Positions 41,890 through 56,536 of a stretch of 64,000 nt of DNA are shown here, piece after piece (the stretch's first letter is position 1; each line of letters opens with the position of its first letter). This DNA is from the human T2T-CHM13v2.0 reference genome, Homo sapiens. Below the pieces are notes generated by a model, which saw only the letters and a list, made by a program, of their open reading frames with translations, was not told where the DNA came from and searched no databases. The DNA is taken from assembly GCF_009914755.1 (NCBI RefSeq), contig NC_060935.1; one strand, written 5' to 3'. A program made the position numbers and the translations under genes.

Positions 41890-43000
41890 ATCATAGATGA
41901 AATAATATGAATTCATATGGTCACAAGAAGTAAAGTGCTAATCCCATTTTACCTTGAGCTGGTCATACTAATCTGCAGTATTTAATTCTGTTTTAAGCAA
42001 TGCATTTTAAGGAGATTTATAACCATGAGCATGCCTTTAGAAGCAGAAAAACAGGGTGATCTGAAAACCATGGCATTTATTATTATACTTATCACTATTA
42101 TCATTATTGTTGCCATCAACCTTATTACTGTATTTTCAAATTCTAGCATTTATTTAGTGCTTATTATATACTGGCTACCAGTCTGAACACTTTGCACATG
42201 TTACTTCATCTGATTCAAGCACCAGTTTACCCTCCCTTGTATCCTATTCTCACATTTTTACTCCAGCTCTTACCATAACAAACAGCTGCATGCAGGTACA
42301 ACCTCTTGATAGTACCTCATCTCAGGCTCATCATGCAACACAAATCTCCTCTAATATTTCGATGTGAGATGCTGAGGCAACTAAGAAATGGGAAGGAGTT
42401 AATAGCCTATGTCCAGTGAGAGGTGGGAGTTAGAGGATAAACACTACCCTCTTCCTTGAAGCAGGAAATCCTGGGGGGCACTTAGCAGGATCTCTATTGG
42501 ATCAACTCCCAGCTGCCTTTAGTAGGTATGGGAACAAGAATTTACCTTGAACTAGCATTTCCTCTTTCCTTGTTTTGCTCTTCACAGTCCAAATTCTCGT
42601 GGTCACTTCTGAAAATAATCCACCTGCACATACACCCTTGTCTCAGGTTCTGTTTCTAGGGTAAATCTGGACTAAGACACCACCTCATCTTCATGACAAC
42701 TTTATAAGGTATGTATTAACATTTCTACTGTATAGGTGAGAAATGTAAAATTAGGCAAGGTTAAGTGGCTTGTCCAAGGTAACTTATGTTACAGAGAACA
42801 GATAGTGGTTTTGAATTCTCATTTGTCTTCAAAAGCCATGTTCTTAGTCACCACCATAAAGGTTTCCCTTGAGGCCCAATTAATGAAGCTGGTCATGTCT
42901 AGAAGAGAAGACTAATTAAAGGCAGCCTTTCAAAAAACTGAACGGTTTTCATGTGGAATAATAATAAACATTCTAATATGATTCAGGGCCATGGAAAAAT
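41890..43000 (+). mobile_element. CR1/L3 remnant (41890-42075 and ~42870-43000) split by MIR and LTR16
   Basis: GCTGGTCA.ACT..TCTG.AGTA..CATTTTAAGGAG and GAAGAGAAGACT..CTTTCAAA..CTGAA.GG CR1 motifs. Confidence 0.55.
42225..42679 (+). mobile_element. ERVL LTR16-type solo LTR
   Basis: Ends CCACCTGCAC..CCCTTGTCTCAGG.TCTG.TT..GGG..GGACTAAGACA. Confidence 0.7.
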
Positions 43001-43171
43001 CTAAGAAGCTATCAAATGTCTTCCCATTGATGGGTCCAAGGTAATTTCAAAGCATTTTTTAAGTCCTAAAATAGGTAAGTTATATAGATATAGGAAGAAT
43101 CTTGGAAGTTGTGTTTAACAATTCAGTCAAACCACATCTAGTTGCTTTGTCTAGTAGTCCAGAAAGGTTCA

Positions 43172-43569
43172 TATGATGGTCCTTTGATGAGTGAACTTGA
43201 CAGGTTACAACCCCCATTTATTCCATCTAACACTAACATAGGTGTCCTGCAAAGATACTTGGTAAGTATGACTAAAGTCCATAATCGATTGGCTTTCAGT
43301 GAGGGATATTATTCTGGATAGTCCTCATTTAATCAGTTGAAAGGCCTTATGAACAGAGCTTAAGATTCCCTGATGAAGCAATCCCAGCTATGGACAGCAG
43401 CTTCAGCCTGTACTGAAAGTTCCAGCTTGCCCTTTCTGGCTGCCTGCCCTATGATTTCTGACTTGCCTAGCCAGCCGCCACAATCACATGAGCCAATTCC
43501 TTGCAATAAATCTTTAAATTTATACATCCTGTTGGTTCTCTTTCTCTGGGTTGAACCCTGACTGATGCA
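43172..43569 (+). mobile_element. MLT2E/F ERVL solo LTR
   Basis: TAAAGTCCATAATC..CAGTTGAAAGGCCTTA..AGCCAATTCCTTGCAATAAATC..GAACCCTGACTGATGCA. Confidence 0.8.
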
Positions 43570-44023
43570 CTTAGATATTGGCAATCTCATGTGGTTCCAT
43601 CCGATGGAAGGTCATTTGGCAAAGGAAATATCACACATGAGAAAAAACGTAAAGTTTACTGAAAACAAGAAAATGATTTTAAATTTAGTATTAGAGGCTG
43701 CGTTGTAATTCAATATTAACTTTTCTGTATTTCATGCTCTTATCATTTTGTACTTTCTTGTATTTGTTATTTTAATATAAATATCTGAATATATATATAA
43801 TTAATATGATCCATAATTAAAACATTATTTTATTGATTAATTACAACTTAGTGAGGCTTAAAATATTTCCCTATTTTCTAGTCAATTATGAAAAATGGGA
43901 CAAAGGAGGCAAACATTATCATAAAAATGTTAAGAAAAAGTTCCTAAAATATCAGAATTGTTGAGAACTTCGAAGAGTAGAAGAGTATTTTGATGAGAGG
44001 GATAATGGACATGTGTGTTGGCC

Positions 44024-44237
44024 TTTTTTTTTTTTTTTTTTTCAGACAGGGTCTCTCTCTGCCACCCACGCTGGAGTGCAGTGGTGAGATCATGGCTCAC
44101 TGCAGCCTCAGTCTCCTAGGCTCAAGCATTCCTTCAGCCTCAGCCTCTGGAGGAGCTGGGACCACAGGTGTGTGTCATCATGCCCTGCTACTTTTTTTTT
44201 TTTTTAAGAGACAGGGTCTCACTGTGTTGCCCAGGCT
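44024..44237 (-). mobile_element. AluJ, 5'-truncated
   Basis: ATCATGGCTCACTGCAGCCTC..CTAGGCTCAAGC diagnostics. TSD approximately TGTGTTG(G)CCTT. Confidence 0.9.
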
Positions 44238-47027
44238 TGTGTTGCCTTACTTTTTGTTGGAGTCAATGTCTAACTTTCCCACAGTGTGTATAGTTTTGAT
44301 GAGAGGCTCTATTACTAGCCCAGTTTTTCTACTTCTCCAGATCAATGCTTTATCATGATAAAGCAAGTGGGAGCTAGAAAATGTTAAATATCTGGAGATT
44401 GATTATTTTTGTCAGCTTGCACAAAATTATAACTATAGCCATCACCACAAAACACACTGGAGTCAAATACAGCCACGGGATTGCAGCGAAAGCACCAGGC
44501 CTGGATGCAAAGGAGTAAAGTAAAGTAGAATCATAAAAGGTTTCAATAAAAACAATCAGGAGTGTGAGTAGCACAGGTAAATAAGGGTCTTAAACGGATA
44601 CTTCAGAATCCACTGGACTTCCTTTAAATAAAAATTTATTGTTTTACAAACACAAGACATTTAGAAATGGAACCACATTCAGGGAAGACTCATGAAGAGA
44701 AATGCTAAGGGCAAGCTATACAGACAGCAATGGTTCTTACACAGTTTCTTTAAAATCCATCACACCTGAATCACTAACATGTTCTATATTTCATAGGAGG
44801 CTGCTTTGTGACACCATAAATCCAGCAACAGTATTTTAGTTATTTACCAAGTGATTAAACTGTAGTAATTTATTCCACATTTACACCCACATTTTCCCAC
44901 TAGAATCCTAAAAGACTTTACTGCCTCCCATAAAATATTTTCACTCTAAATAATCAATATTGAGTTAACTATATTCCATTATTTTTAGATTTATTTTCTT
45001 TTTCTGCACGCAATTCTCACCTCCATACAGTTTATTAAAAGATAAAGTGACTCACTTCCAAAGAAATTACATTTGACAACGCTCCTAATTGTGAATTTAC
45101 TCTGCTGTTCCTTATAGACATTTTTAAAGAGGGAAGGGATGAAATAGATGTACTATATTAAAAGTAAAAACTGCATAAAAATGTAAAATCTTAGGCCTCT
45201 GAGCAAGTGTTTCAGGCAGTTGAGTCAACTAGCTAGCGTTCTGATAAGACAATGTTTTTCATCATACATTCCTTATACCTCTGGGTAGTGGTGGATATGA
45301 GTTGGGAGGAGTATGTAATAAAAGTAAAAAAAAAAACACTGGATAAAATTAACACAACATCCTGGACAATTATTTTTACTCAAATATTTAGGGGAAATAT
45401 TTTATATGGAACTGGTAAGAATTGCATTATTGTACATATTGATGTGTTCTATATTAATATATTATTAAATAGTGTCAAAGTAAAATTATGTACTGTATCA
45501 TATAATTTGGCCTTATATATTATAGGCTTAAATGTTAAACTGTGATGTGAATTTATAAGGTAAATTACAATTTTAAAAATTAGGCTTTGGGATATAGCTT
45601 CACATGTCATTAGCATCACCTTTTAATTTGGCCTACAAATTTCTTCCATTTTCTTCCCCTATACTGTATAGAAATATATGTTCACTCTCCTCTTTATTTA
45701 AGGGTACTTTGGTGAGAAAATTTGAATAATATTATTCTAGAAACATTGATTCTGGGGGGAGGTGTTTCAGCACTGTGAGCACGATAGAGCCTGGCTGATT
45801 ACTAGGGATGAGTCAGCTGAGTTCTTAGTAGATGAGAGCTAAGAGAGAGCTGTGAAAGTCTGAACAAGAGTCCAGGTTGCTTAAGGGTGCCATAAAGATG
45901 AGATTCACTAGTCAAGAGTCAAAGATCCTTGAATTCAGGAGCCTCTAGCAGAAGTCCAGGGCAGTAATTGCTACCCAAATGTTTTCATCGACATTTAATA
46001 CAGAAAGCCAGATGTAAGTGGATAAGCCCTTCAGAAGCTGAAAGACTTCTGTTGGTCTCTAATCCATGTACTTTATTGTCGGTATCTGGCAGAGACTCAT
46101 CTTTAGGTCCATACAGAAGCCTGGCATAAAATGCCAGGAACATGAAAAATTGAAACCAAATGGTTCAATTTCCCTGTGTAGCTGCTACAAAACTCTGAAA
46201 ACTGGACAAGGACTCTAGTCTGATGATATGACATGAAATCAGCCCACTCTTCACTTCCTGGTGAAATAGTCACAGGAGAGACAGGCTTGTGCTGTCATGA
46301 GAATACCATTTAGCCAGCAATGCTGCTGAGAAGTACCATGGAGAAAAAAGGGATATTGTCCAGTGTGAATGAAAAGCCACTGAAATTGGAGGGGTTCTAT
46401 TTCTCATCAGCTCTGAAATACTTGTTTTTATTCTTTCTTTGTGCTTGTTCCTCCACTTACTAAATTGGAGGGCGTGACCCAAGAAAACCCTGTGGAAAGA
46501 AAATGCTTGGTGCAAGAAAACTATTTTAAAATAACATTTGTAGGTCCATTTTATGGACATTTATAAATCTTTTCTTCAAAATCAGTGGAATTATATATAA
46601 AACAAGTAAAAACATTTAGCATGGTCACTAGAATCAAGTTGCTAGCTTTATTATACAAATTAAAACTCCGTTAGTTGAATTAATGCCTGTAAACTATTTA
46701 TGAAGAATTGTTTTTAAAGAATATCAACTGAGACTAAATCTTCATGTTTAAAGTAAGATATAAAGTTTAAGAAAACCTTCAGATAATATTTTAATTTTTT
46801 AATTGAATCTGATGTACTTACTATTGAAAGTGAGACATTTTAGTCCAAATAGACAAATAATTCTAATTGATTTAAAAAGATATACTATCCTTTACCTCTT
46901 ATCTCTATTCTTTATCTATGACTGATGTTCATGCCATAATCTAACTCTGTATAAATGGTGACAACCCATAAGCTGGTCAGTTCATGTGGTTTCTCTCACT
47001 TTATACAAAATAAAAGCATACTTTTGT

Positions 47028-47083
47028 ACGTTGTGCACACGTACCCTAAAACTTAAGGTATAATAAAAAAAAAGAAAGAAAAA
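47028..47083 (+). mobile_element. Ultra-short L1PA 3' terminus
   Basis: ACGTTGTGCACACGTACCCTAAAACTTAAGGTATAAT plus A-rich tail. Confidence 0.85.
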
Positions 47084-48084
47084 GTGGGACTTTCTCAGTA
47101 TTTTTCACAGACAATTTCAGCACAGTGATTTATAAATCTGGATAGTTATTTGTTTCTTAGTTGCTTAGCCCCACTAATGTCCCAAGTTAAGTAAATCGGA
47201 TTCTAACCTAATGATTCTCTCCTTAGCAAACAATATATAACTCTTTGAGCTGAATTCTCCACCATTGAAATACTAGGAAATCATAGCATTTTCCTCAATA
47301 GGCCATTGAATTTCCCAGCATTTTCACAAAGGAGTTCTGCACATCCGACCCACCCCTACCACTTGATAGTTTGAGCTTAGATGATTAACACACAAAGACA
47401 CACAACACACACACACACACACACACACATGTGTGCCTCCTCCATTTACAATACCAACCTTAAGTGTGCACAGCCAACCCTGGGTGCACAGCCAAGGCTC
47501 TTTTCTTACCCATACCTAATAATCTTATTTTATGAGTTAGAAGCAACAAAAGAAATTTAGTGTTTGTGCTCTTATCTAATCCATATTTACTGCACAGATG
47601 TCAGGAGTGATCAGATGGAAGAAAGAAGAGATATATTTCTTTGTATGCTGGAAGAAAAGATTTAGATTTGGGTCTGGATTTTCTATTTTTGTATCTTTGA
47701 AATATAAATGCAATAATGCTGGCACAGAATGATCTGGCTGCCTTTTTCAATAAACAGTGAGATTGTTAGCCAGCCATTTCACAAGCTTATCTTGAAGGTG
47801 AAAAAAGAGACATTAAAAACAATAACAACAATTATCTCACAGCTGTATTGCACCTTTCTTCAGAAACTCCTAAAACATTCTGGAAATTATGGTCCAAATA
47901 TTGTGCTCAGCACCTAACCATCTTCATCTAGTCCTCTCAGTGAGAAATATTAAGTACATAACAGTAGATAGAAATGACCCTCCAAATGAATACAGTTCAT
48001 CATTTTCTCATAAAATACAACTCTTTTGGACAGGTACACACAATTCAGAAAACCAAAGGTGTTTAAAACCTAAGAGTTCCTTCC

Positions 48085-48340
48085 CAGGAGTTTCAGACTT
48101 GTGGCTCCCCAGGTTGAATGTGATTTATAAACATTTGCTTGGCCTACATGTATTTGAAAGATTTAAAATTTTTATGTAAAGTCTGAATTTCCAGCTTATC
48201 TTGAAAAAATTGGAGGATGTGCAATACATCCCATATGGCAGTAATTGGCTAAATCTGAGTAGCAGTCTTGCCCTCTTTAGTAGTCCAAGGCTGCACGCTC
48301 AGCAGTCAACTATTATCCAACATTTGCTTCACTATTCACA
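48085..48340. mobile_element. MER102-like hAT-Charlie element
   Basis: TTTCCAGCTTATCTTGAAAAAATTGGAGGAT..ATTGGCT..CTGAGTAGCAG..CCCTCTTTAG. Confidence 0.55.
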
Positions 48341-48769
48341 TTTACTGTAGCTCCTTCTCCTTACCCCTGGAAATAAAGCTAAAGCCCTAGTTTTAATCTG
48401 TGTAGACATACTAACTTCCTTAAATAAGCTGCTTTTCTCCATGTGCTCCATAATTATTCTTCAAAGTGTAGTTCTTGAGATGGCATTGGACTGACAATTC
48501 ATATTGCCTGGGTGTAATTAATTATTTCAGCAGATATTTGTTATCTATGCAAGGCAAAAAGCTGGGAAATGTAGAATAGATGGCAATGGATCAGACAAGA
48601 CCATGTTTTTGGAAAGTCACTAGTGCGATAAGGAAAACAAAACACAAATAGAAATTTCAAGGCAGTCATGTACCAAATCTGTAAAAGAAACATCTAAAAC
48701 AGCTAGAGGATTTCAGGAAAAGGAACCTAATTTTCACTGAAAATGGGTGAGGGAGGACTTAGTGAAGGT

Positions 48770-49340
<571 letters not shown>

Positions 49341-50248
49341 TGTTCACTAATGGGCAAAGATCCTGGCTCCCACCAGCCCCTTCCTCTTCACTTTCTGGAC
49401 TCTGGTAAGGCAAATTTTTCTTTATATCTTGCTCCTATCCAGTATACACACAGGGCTGGACCTCCCTGACACATTGTTTCTACTTATGGCTCTGGCTACA
49501 TAGATGAGGAAACACTCACTTTTCCAATGCAATAGGCTGGGTAAGTGGACTTGGGCTGCACTTTTTGCTCATGTTCAGCCATACCTCTCTATCTCAGTTT
49601 CATCTCTGTCTTTCTCTTGTTCTTGCTCACACTCTTTGTGGGCATGCCTGAATTTGCAGATTCATAGTATAAATCCAACATGTGAGATGAACATCCCCTT
49701 TTGGTATTAGTCTTACCTTGTTTTAGCCAGCTTTTAACAGAAAGTCCCACATTGGAGAGAGCTTTGTTTTATATTATTTTGCTAATTCATTGACATTTCT
49801 CTGTGTATGGTCTATCAGTCAGAGTGTCAGAGTGGAGAAGTGAATGGCGCCCCAACTTTAAGGACTTAATGTATTTGAGTAGGATTATTAATATCACTCT
49901 GAGCTGTGAGGCATGTTTTTTCAGGCATTTTATACCACCAGCTTAGAGAGATCCTTACTGGCCATGGCCACCTTGATAACAATAAATAAATTGTCATAGT
50001 TATCAATTATTGATTTTTATAACAGACAGTGGAATGGGAAATTTGTAAATATTATTTTTAATTCTTATGTCAACTCTTCAAGAAAAATATTATTTCCTTT
50101 TATAGATGAGTGAATAGAGAGTAATAAAGAGGTAAAACTTGCTCATGGTCACATAGCTAATAGATTGAAAACTAAGGTTCAAAGTCTGGTGATCTTCTCA
50201 CTCCTCAGCCTTAGCTCTTTCTCTACTTCACACTGCTTTTGACAACAG

Positions 50249-50608
50249 TGATGTGGTTTGGCTCTGTGACCCCACCCAAATCTCACCTTGAATTGTAATC
50301 CCCATAAACCCCACATGTCAAGTGTGGGACTAGGTGGACGTAATTGAATCATGGGGGTGGTTTACCCCCGTATTGTTTTTGTGTTAGTGAGTTCTCACGA
50401 GACCTGATTGTTTTATAAGCATCTGGCATTTCCCCTGCTGGCACTCATTCTCTCTCTTGCTGCCCTGTGAAGAGGTGCCTTCTGCCATGATTGTAAGTTT
50501 CCTGAGGCCTCCCCAGCCATGAGGAAGTGAGTCAATTAAACCTCTTTTCTTTCTAAATTACCCAGCCTCAGATATGTCTTCATAGCAGTGTGAGAACAGA
50601 TTAATACA
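50249..50608 (+). mobile_element. THE1D MaLR solo LTR
   Basis: TGATGTGGTTTGGCTCTGTG...GAGAACAGATTAATACA with perfect 5-bp TSD AACAG (50244-50248 and 50609-50613). Confidence 0.93.
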
Positions 50609-51479
50609 AACAGTAATTGATTATTGAGTCCCTACTAAGTGCAAATTTTTTTACATATATTACCTAACAATGTTTACAATAGCCCCAGGACATTTATAAT
50701 TGCCTCTTTTACCCACATGGAAAATGAGGCTAAGTAAAGGAACTTGCCAAGGATCAGTCAGCTGGTAAGTGGAGGTGCCATGAGTCAGTCCTATGTCTGA
50801 CAGTTCCCTTCTACCCTGTTTCATGGTCTGTCTCTTTGGTAAGGAGAGAAGTCACATGGGCATGGTCATACATCTCTACAATCTGTAATCTTCTTTTGGG
50901 GAGAAAGCAAAATCAGCAGTTATTTTGCAATGAAATCAAGACTATATATCATAGAACCTCTGAAAGGATACCACAGAGTGGTATACTTGGTAACTCTGCT
51001 TTCTGCTTGTGCTTAAACATCAGAATCTAGACATGAAGTCCAGACTTTCTTCCTGGTCAGCTCTATTTCTCCACTAGTTCAGTCAAGTCTGTCTAAGATA
51101 GTCTCTCTTTTCATTAACTCAAAGTTATAGAATTATTATATCTACCAAATCTGCCATCCACATTATCTGTCACATAATAAAACTTAATCAGCGGAGTGAC
51201 ATCCATCATATTCTCAGGTCTTGCCCACACTCAAGGGAAGGAGAATGTTTAGGTTATACACATTAAGAAGAAGGAATCTTTAGGTGTATGTTAAAACTCT
51301 GCCTACCGGATCTATCAATATATGTTGCATCTGTAACCCCTTCTGTAAAAGATTTTATACCTACAGCCAAGAAGTCATTCCTTTTTATGTTTTTCTACAT
51401 TGCTATGCATTTGACTGTATTATAGCATAAACTGCCCAGCAAAGTCCACAACAGAAACTATGTCTTATGTTTAGGTAAA

Positions 51480-51670
51480 CATTATGGAACAGTGTCAAGT
51501 AGTATAAACCTGTGTACAAGACCCAGATTTTTCACTTACTAACTCTGAGAAATTGAGCCAGCATTAAAAGCTCTGGCATTTCCCCTGCTGGCACTCATTG
51601 ACACTAATGAAGATAAGAACCTTCATTATCTTATCTTTAAATTTGAAGAAATAAAGTACCTACATCATAG
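51480..51670 (+). mobile_element. MIR carrying a templated insertion
   Basis: AGACCCAG..CACTTACTAACTCTGAGA..TTGAGC..[insert]..ATCTTTAAA..TACCTACATCATAGG MIR core. Confidence 0.65.
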
Positions 51671-51764
51671 GAAGAAATTAGGAATAATAGTTAAGGACTC
51701 AGGCTCTAGAATCAATTAGCCCATGTTTTGTTACTGCTCTCCCACTTACTAGCTGAGCATAGAA

Positions 51765-52445
<681 letters not shown>

Positions 52446-53469
52446 AGGTATGCCTAATCATTATACTTTACTCACCAGTAAAGTGGGGATATTAATAATA
52501 ATACCTACTTCCTGGATTTATTATATACATATCATATGAGGTAATATATGAAATATGTTTAGAACACTGCCAGGCAGAGTAAGGCATCAGTTAATGCAAC
52601 ATATTGCTACCATCACTGAAGTTTTGTACATAAACAAACAGGGAAGGTATCTAAAGTTCTTGGCATAGTGCCTAGCAGGAAGTAAATATTTATTATTTTT
52701 AGGCCTTATTTTATACAATGTTGTAATGGTTGTCTTTATCATGCTTACCTACCCCATATTTGGGCCAAACACACAGTGTTTACTCAATAGATGCTTGCAT
52801 TTCATGAGCTGTATTTTGTTCTCAAGCATTTACTGAGTGACTCTTATATCAATCTCTGACTTTCTGGAATGATTGTTGACAGGTCAACAGATATACTGTC
52901 TACACTAAGTGCTATGTAAGAAGGTTAATGTCAGAAGCCAATGGCTTAGAAGTAATCCAGATTTTAGGGACCTGTGCCTCCCTACCAGATTGAAGTTGGC
53001 TTGCATGCCATATAGGAGCAGAGCTCCCTGGATCCCTGGACAGACTCCAGTGTTTCAAGGCAAATGGTCTTCACTGCACAGAGTCATAGGGAGACTCATC
53101 AGCACCCACAAAGTTCTGTACAAGAGCACAGTTATATGGGAGAAGGAAAGATCAAACCAATGTTTGAATACCTACTGAACCTGTTACCAATTCACTAGTG
53201 TCCTTGAGACTCAAATTTAACCCCTTCAAAAGAGCCTACAAACCTACAAACCTTCACTAGCACCTGAGGTGAAATCAGGGGAAATACTGTAGTGGTTCAT
53301 ATGTAAGGGCCTTCCTAATATTCACCAGAATGAAGCCTCAGAACATTGACTTCAAAACATCATTCAATGTGCTTTCAGCCAAACAGAATAAAAAATTAGT
53401 CATGATTTCAGAGTTTCTCCATGATCGATGTAAAAGTTGAGATCTTAATAAAACTGATTCACAATATGC

Positions 53470-53770
53470 CATGTGAAAAAAGCCAGACACCAAGACCACG
53501 TCTTACATAATCCCATTTATATTATGTGTCCGGAATAAGAAAATCTATGGAGACAGAATGTAGTATGGTGGTTGCCTAAGGCTTGGAGGGAGAAGAAGGA
53601 ATAAATGATAACGGTCATATTTCTTTTTAGAGTGATTAAAATTTTCTAAAATTATATTGCTCTGATGGTTGCATGACTCTTTAAATATACGAAAAGCATC
53701 TAAGTGTACATTTTAAATGGATGAATTTTATAGTACGGGAATTACATCTTAAATGAAATTGTTAAAAAAG
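53470..53770 (+). mobile_element. L1MB/ME 3' end
   Basis: GTGAAAAAAGCCAGACAC..ATCTATGGAGACAGAA..GTGGTTGCCTA..GATGGTTGCA..TTTAAATGGATGAATTTTAT. Confidence 0.75.
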
Positions 53771-54308
53771 AAAGATCATTTGCCACATATCAATGAAGCA
53801 TCTATAAAGGACACTTTATAGTAAAAAGAATAATCAAAACACATAAGGAATATAAATAAATAAATAAATAAAGCCAACCTAAGATTTTACCAAAAACCAT
53901 CATTTAAAATCTAGGCCTGAAATTCAGTGCACACTTTGTCTAATTTGAATTGGGTTTCTTATTTCAAATCTTTAGTTAAGGTTACTTGAGAAGAGAATCT
54001 AAAATCACAAAAGGAAATCAATACCACAGTTGACCAAGGCCAGATTCAATAATACTGCCCACGTTTGAGTGCAGTGAGGGAAAACAGCATTCATTAGTCA
54101 TATAATAACTACAAGGCCTCCCGCTTAACTCAGAAATTCCTCCAAGGAACACAACCATTTCCCACCTATTATTTTCTATTGATTTTCACCATTGTCAAGA
54201 GGCAGAGCAGGAAAACGAGTTATAACCAAAGAAGGTGACACCAGAGAGAGCAGGAGTGGGAAACCCTGAACAGCTTTGTAGTGGTGATGGCGGATAGGCA
54301 TGAAAGCC

Positions 54309-54619
54309 TTTCCTTTTTTTCCTTTTTTTTTTTTTTTTGAGACGGAGTCTCACTCTGTCACCCAGACTGGAATACAGTGGTGCAATCTCTGCTCACTGCA
54401 ACTTCCACCTCCGGGTTCAAGCGATTCTCCTGCCTTGGCCTCTAGAGTAGCTGGGACTACAGGCATACACCACTACACCCGGCTAATTTTTGTATATTTA
54501 GTAGAGATGGGGTTTCACCATGTTAGCCAGGCTGGTCACGAACTTCTGACCTCAAGTGATGCACCTGCCTTGGCCTCCCAAAGGGCTGGGATTACAGGTG
54601 TGATCCACTGCACCCAGCT
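54309..54619 (-). mobile_element. AluSz/Sx, full length
   Basis: Two arms, GACCTCAAGTGAT, T tail. Confidence 0.93.
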
Positions 54620-55587
54620 GGTATGCAGGGCTTTCAACTTGCAGCTGAGTATGTGAGAGCTGGAATTTCCTTTGCTTATCTGAATCCTGTGCCCAAGGGA
54701 ATTTGAAGGGAGATGATTAGATTGAATGTCCCATCTTTATCATCATCATTTTATAGCATATATACTAATGTCATTATAATCCTAGCTCACCATTTTTTAC
54801 AATGAATGATTATCATAGCTAACATTTATTTTCATCATTGGGGAACTCTCCCCTGAGTAGTCAAGATTCCCATGGGACTCCCTATATATCAAGAACAGAT
54901 AGAGCCAGTTCCTTTTAACATGTGAAGAGACTTGACACATTTAGTGTTTATTTAGTGCTAAGCTCTATAAGTGCTTTACAGATATTATCTCATATATAAT
55001 GTCAAAAACAATTCCATGGAGAAGGTATTTTCATTTATTATACACATTTTACAAAATAGAAACTAAGGCATGAAGAAGTTTAAGAAGTTGTGTAGGGTCA
55101 TATGGCTATGGAATGGTAGAGGGGAAATTGAATCAAGGAGGTGTGTTTTTAAGTCCTTACTCATAACCTCCATGCAAGCTGCTTTCATAGGAGAGGGAAG
55201 TTCCTTCAAAGGAGAACATTTTGACCTAGGTTTATATTGTTCACAGAGATTCTTCATTTCTAAATTGCAGTAGGAGTGGGGTTTCTGATGACCATTATTT
55301 CCCAAGTCCTATATATTTTTTACCCCATCAATGCCTAATACCATCAATTTTGATTTTTTTAAGGTCATTATATTTATCAAGCTTTTGAGATAAAAAATTG
55401 CTGAAATATATATTAGAAGAAAATTCTTGATCCTATTGAAGTCTTAAAAATCTCATGTTTATGCACTTATTTTTTTCAGTATGTTTATTGAATGTTCTGT
55501 ATGTGCCTGCTACTGTTCTAGGCACTGGGGATAAAACATGAATAAGACAGGAAATGTATCTGCTCTTCTGTTGTTTCATTCTGATCC

Positions 55588-55775
55588 AGTTTCCCAACCT
55601 CTACCACTATGGACATGTGGGGGAATATAATCCCTCGTTGTAGGGAGTTGCTGTACCATTGTAGTGTGTTTAGCACTCCTCCCATTCTGATAAACAAAAT
55701 GTTTCCAGACATTGTTAAATGTTACCTATAGGGGCAAAACCACCACCACCATCACGCTTGCCCCAAGAAACACTG
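55588..55775. mobile_element. MER20 hAT MITE
   Basis: CAGTTTCCCAACCTC..CACTATGGACAT..AAAATGTTTCCAGACATTG.TAAATGT..GGGGCAAAA..AAACACTG. Confidence 0.8.
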
Positions 55776-56536
55776 TGATTCAGATTAAAAATAAAGAAAC
55801 AAATTAGCAGATGAAAAAAGTATTCTGCAAAGTATTACAAAATAATAATATATTAGGAAGCAATTGTGTGGCTAATTTAGGTTGGGTGATCAGGATGGCC
55901 TTTTCGAAGAGCTTGTATCTAAACTGAGATCTGAATGTCAATAACAAAGATTATGGAAAATAGCATTCCAAGTATATGTTGAATCCAAGACAAAGGCTGT
56001 GAGAAAGCTATGAGCAAGCTATAAGCTTAATTTATTCCAGGGTCAGAAAGAAGGCTAATGTGAATGAAACAGAATGAGACAGGGGAGAGCAGTTTAAAGT
56101 GAAGTTATAGAAGAAAAGAGAAGACAGATTAGGCAAACCAGGATAAGGAATTCTGATCTAATATTATGCAACGTGCAGCTACAAGAAGGCGTCACACACA
56201 CAACACACACACAACACAACATGGTCTATTATGTGCAGGGTGAATTGTAGGAAGATAGGACTAAAAGCAAAAAAAACTAGATAGTTGGACACTGTTGCAG
56301 TATTTCAAAAGGAAATAATGGTGGTTTGGACAAAGACGGTACTAAGAGGGATAGAGAGAAATGAATTATTTGAGTGAATTAGTGAAAAAAATTTTGACAG
56401 AACTTGCTGATGGATTGTGTGTAATAAAGGAGAGAGAGATCACATAGATTATACTCCTTTTTTTGGTTTATTTCTGTTTTTTTATTTGATCTGGAATACC
56501 TGAACGGATGATTAGTTCAGAAAATTAAAATGAAGT

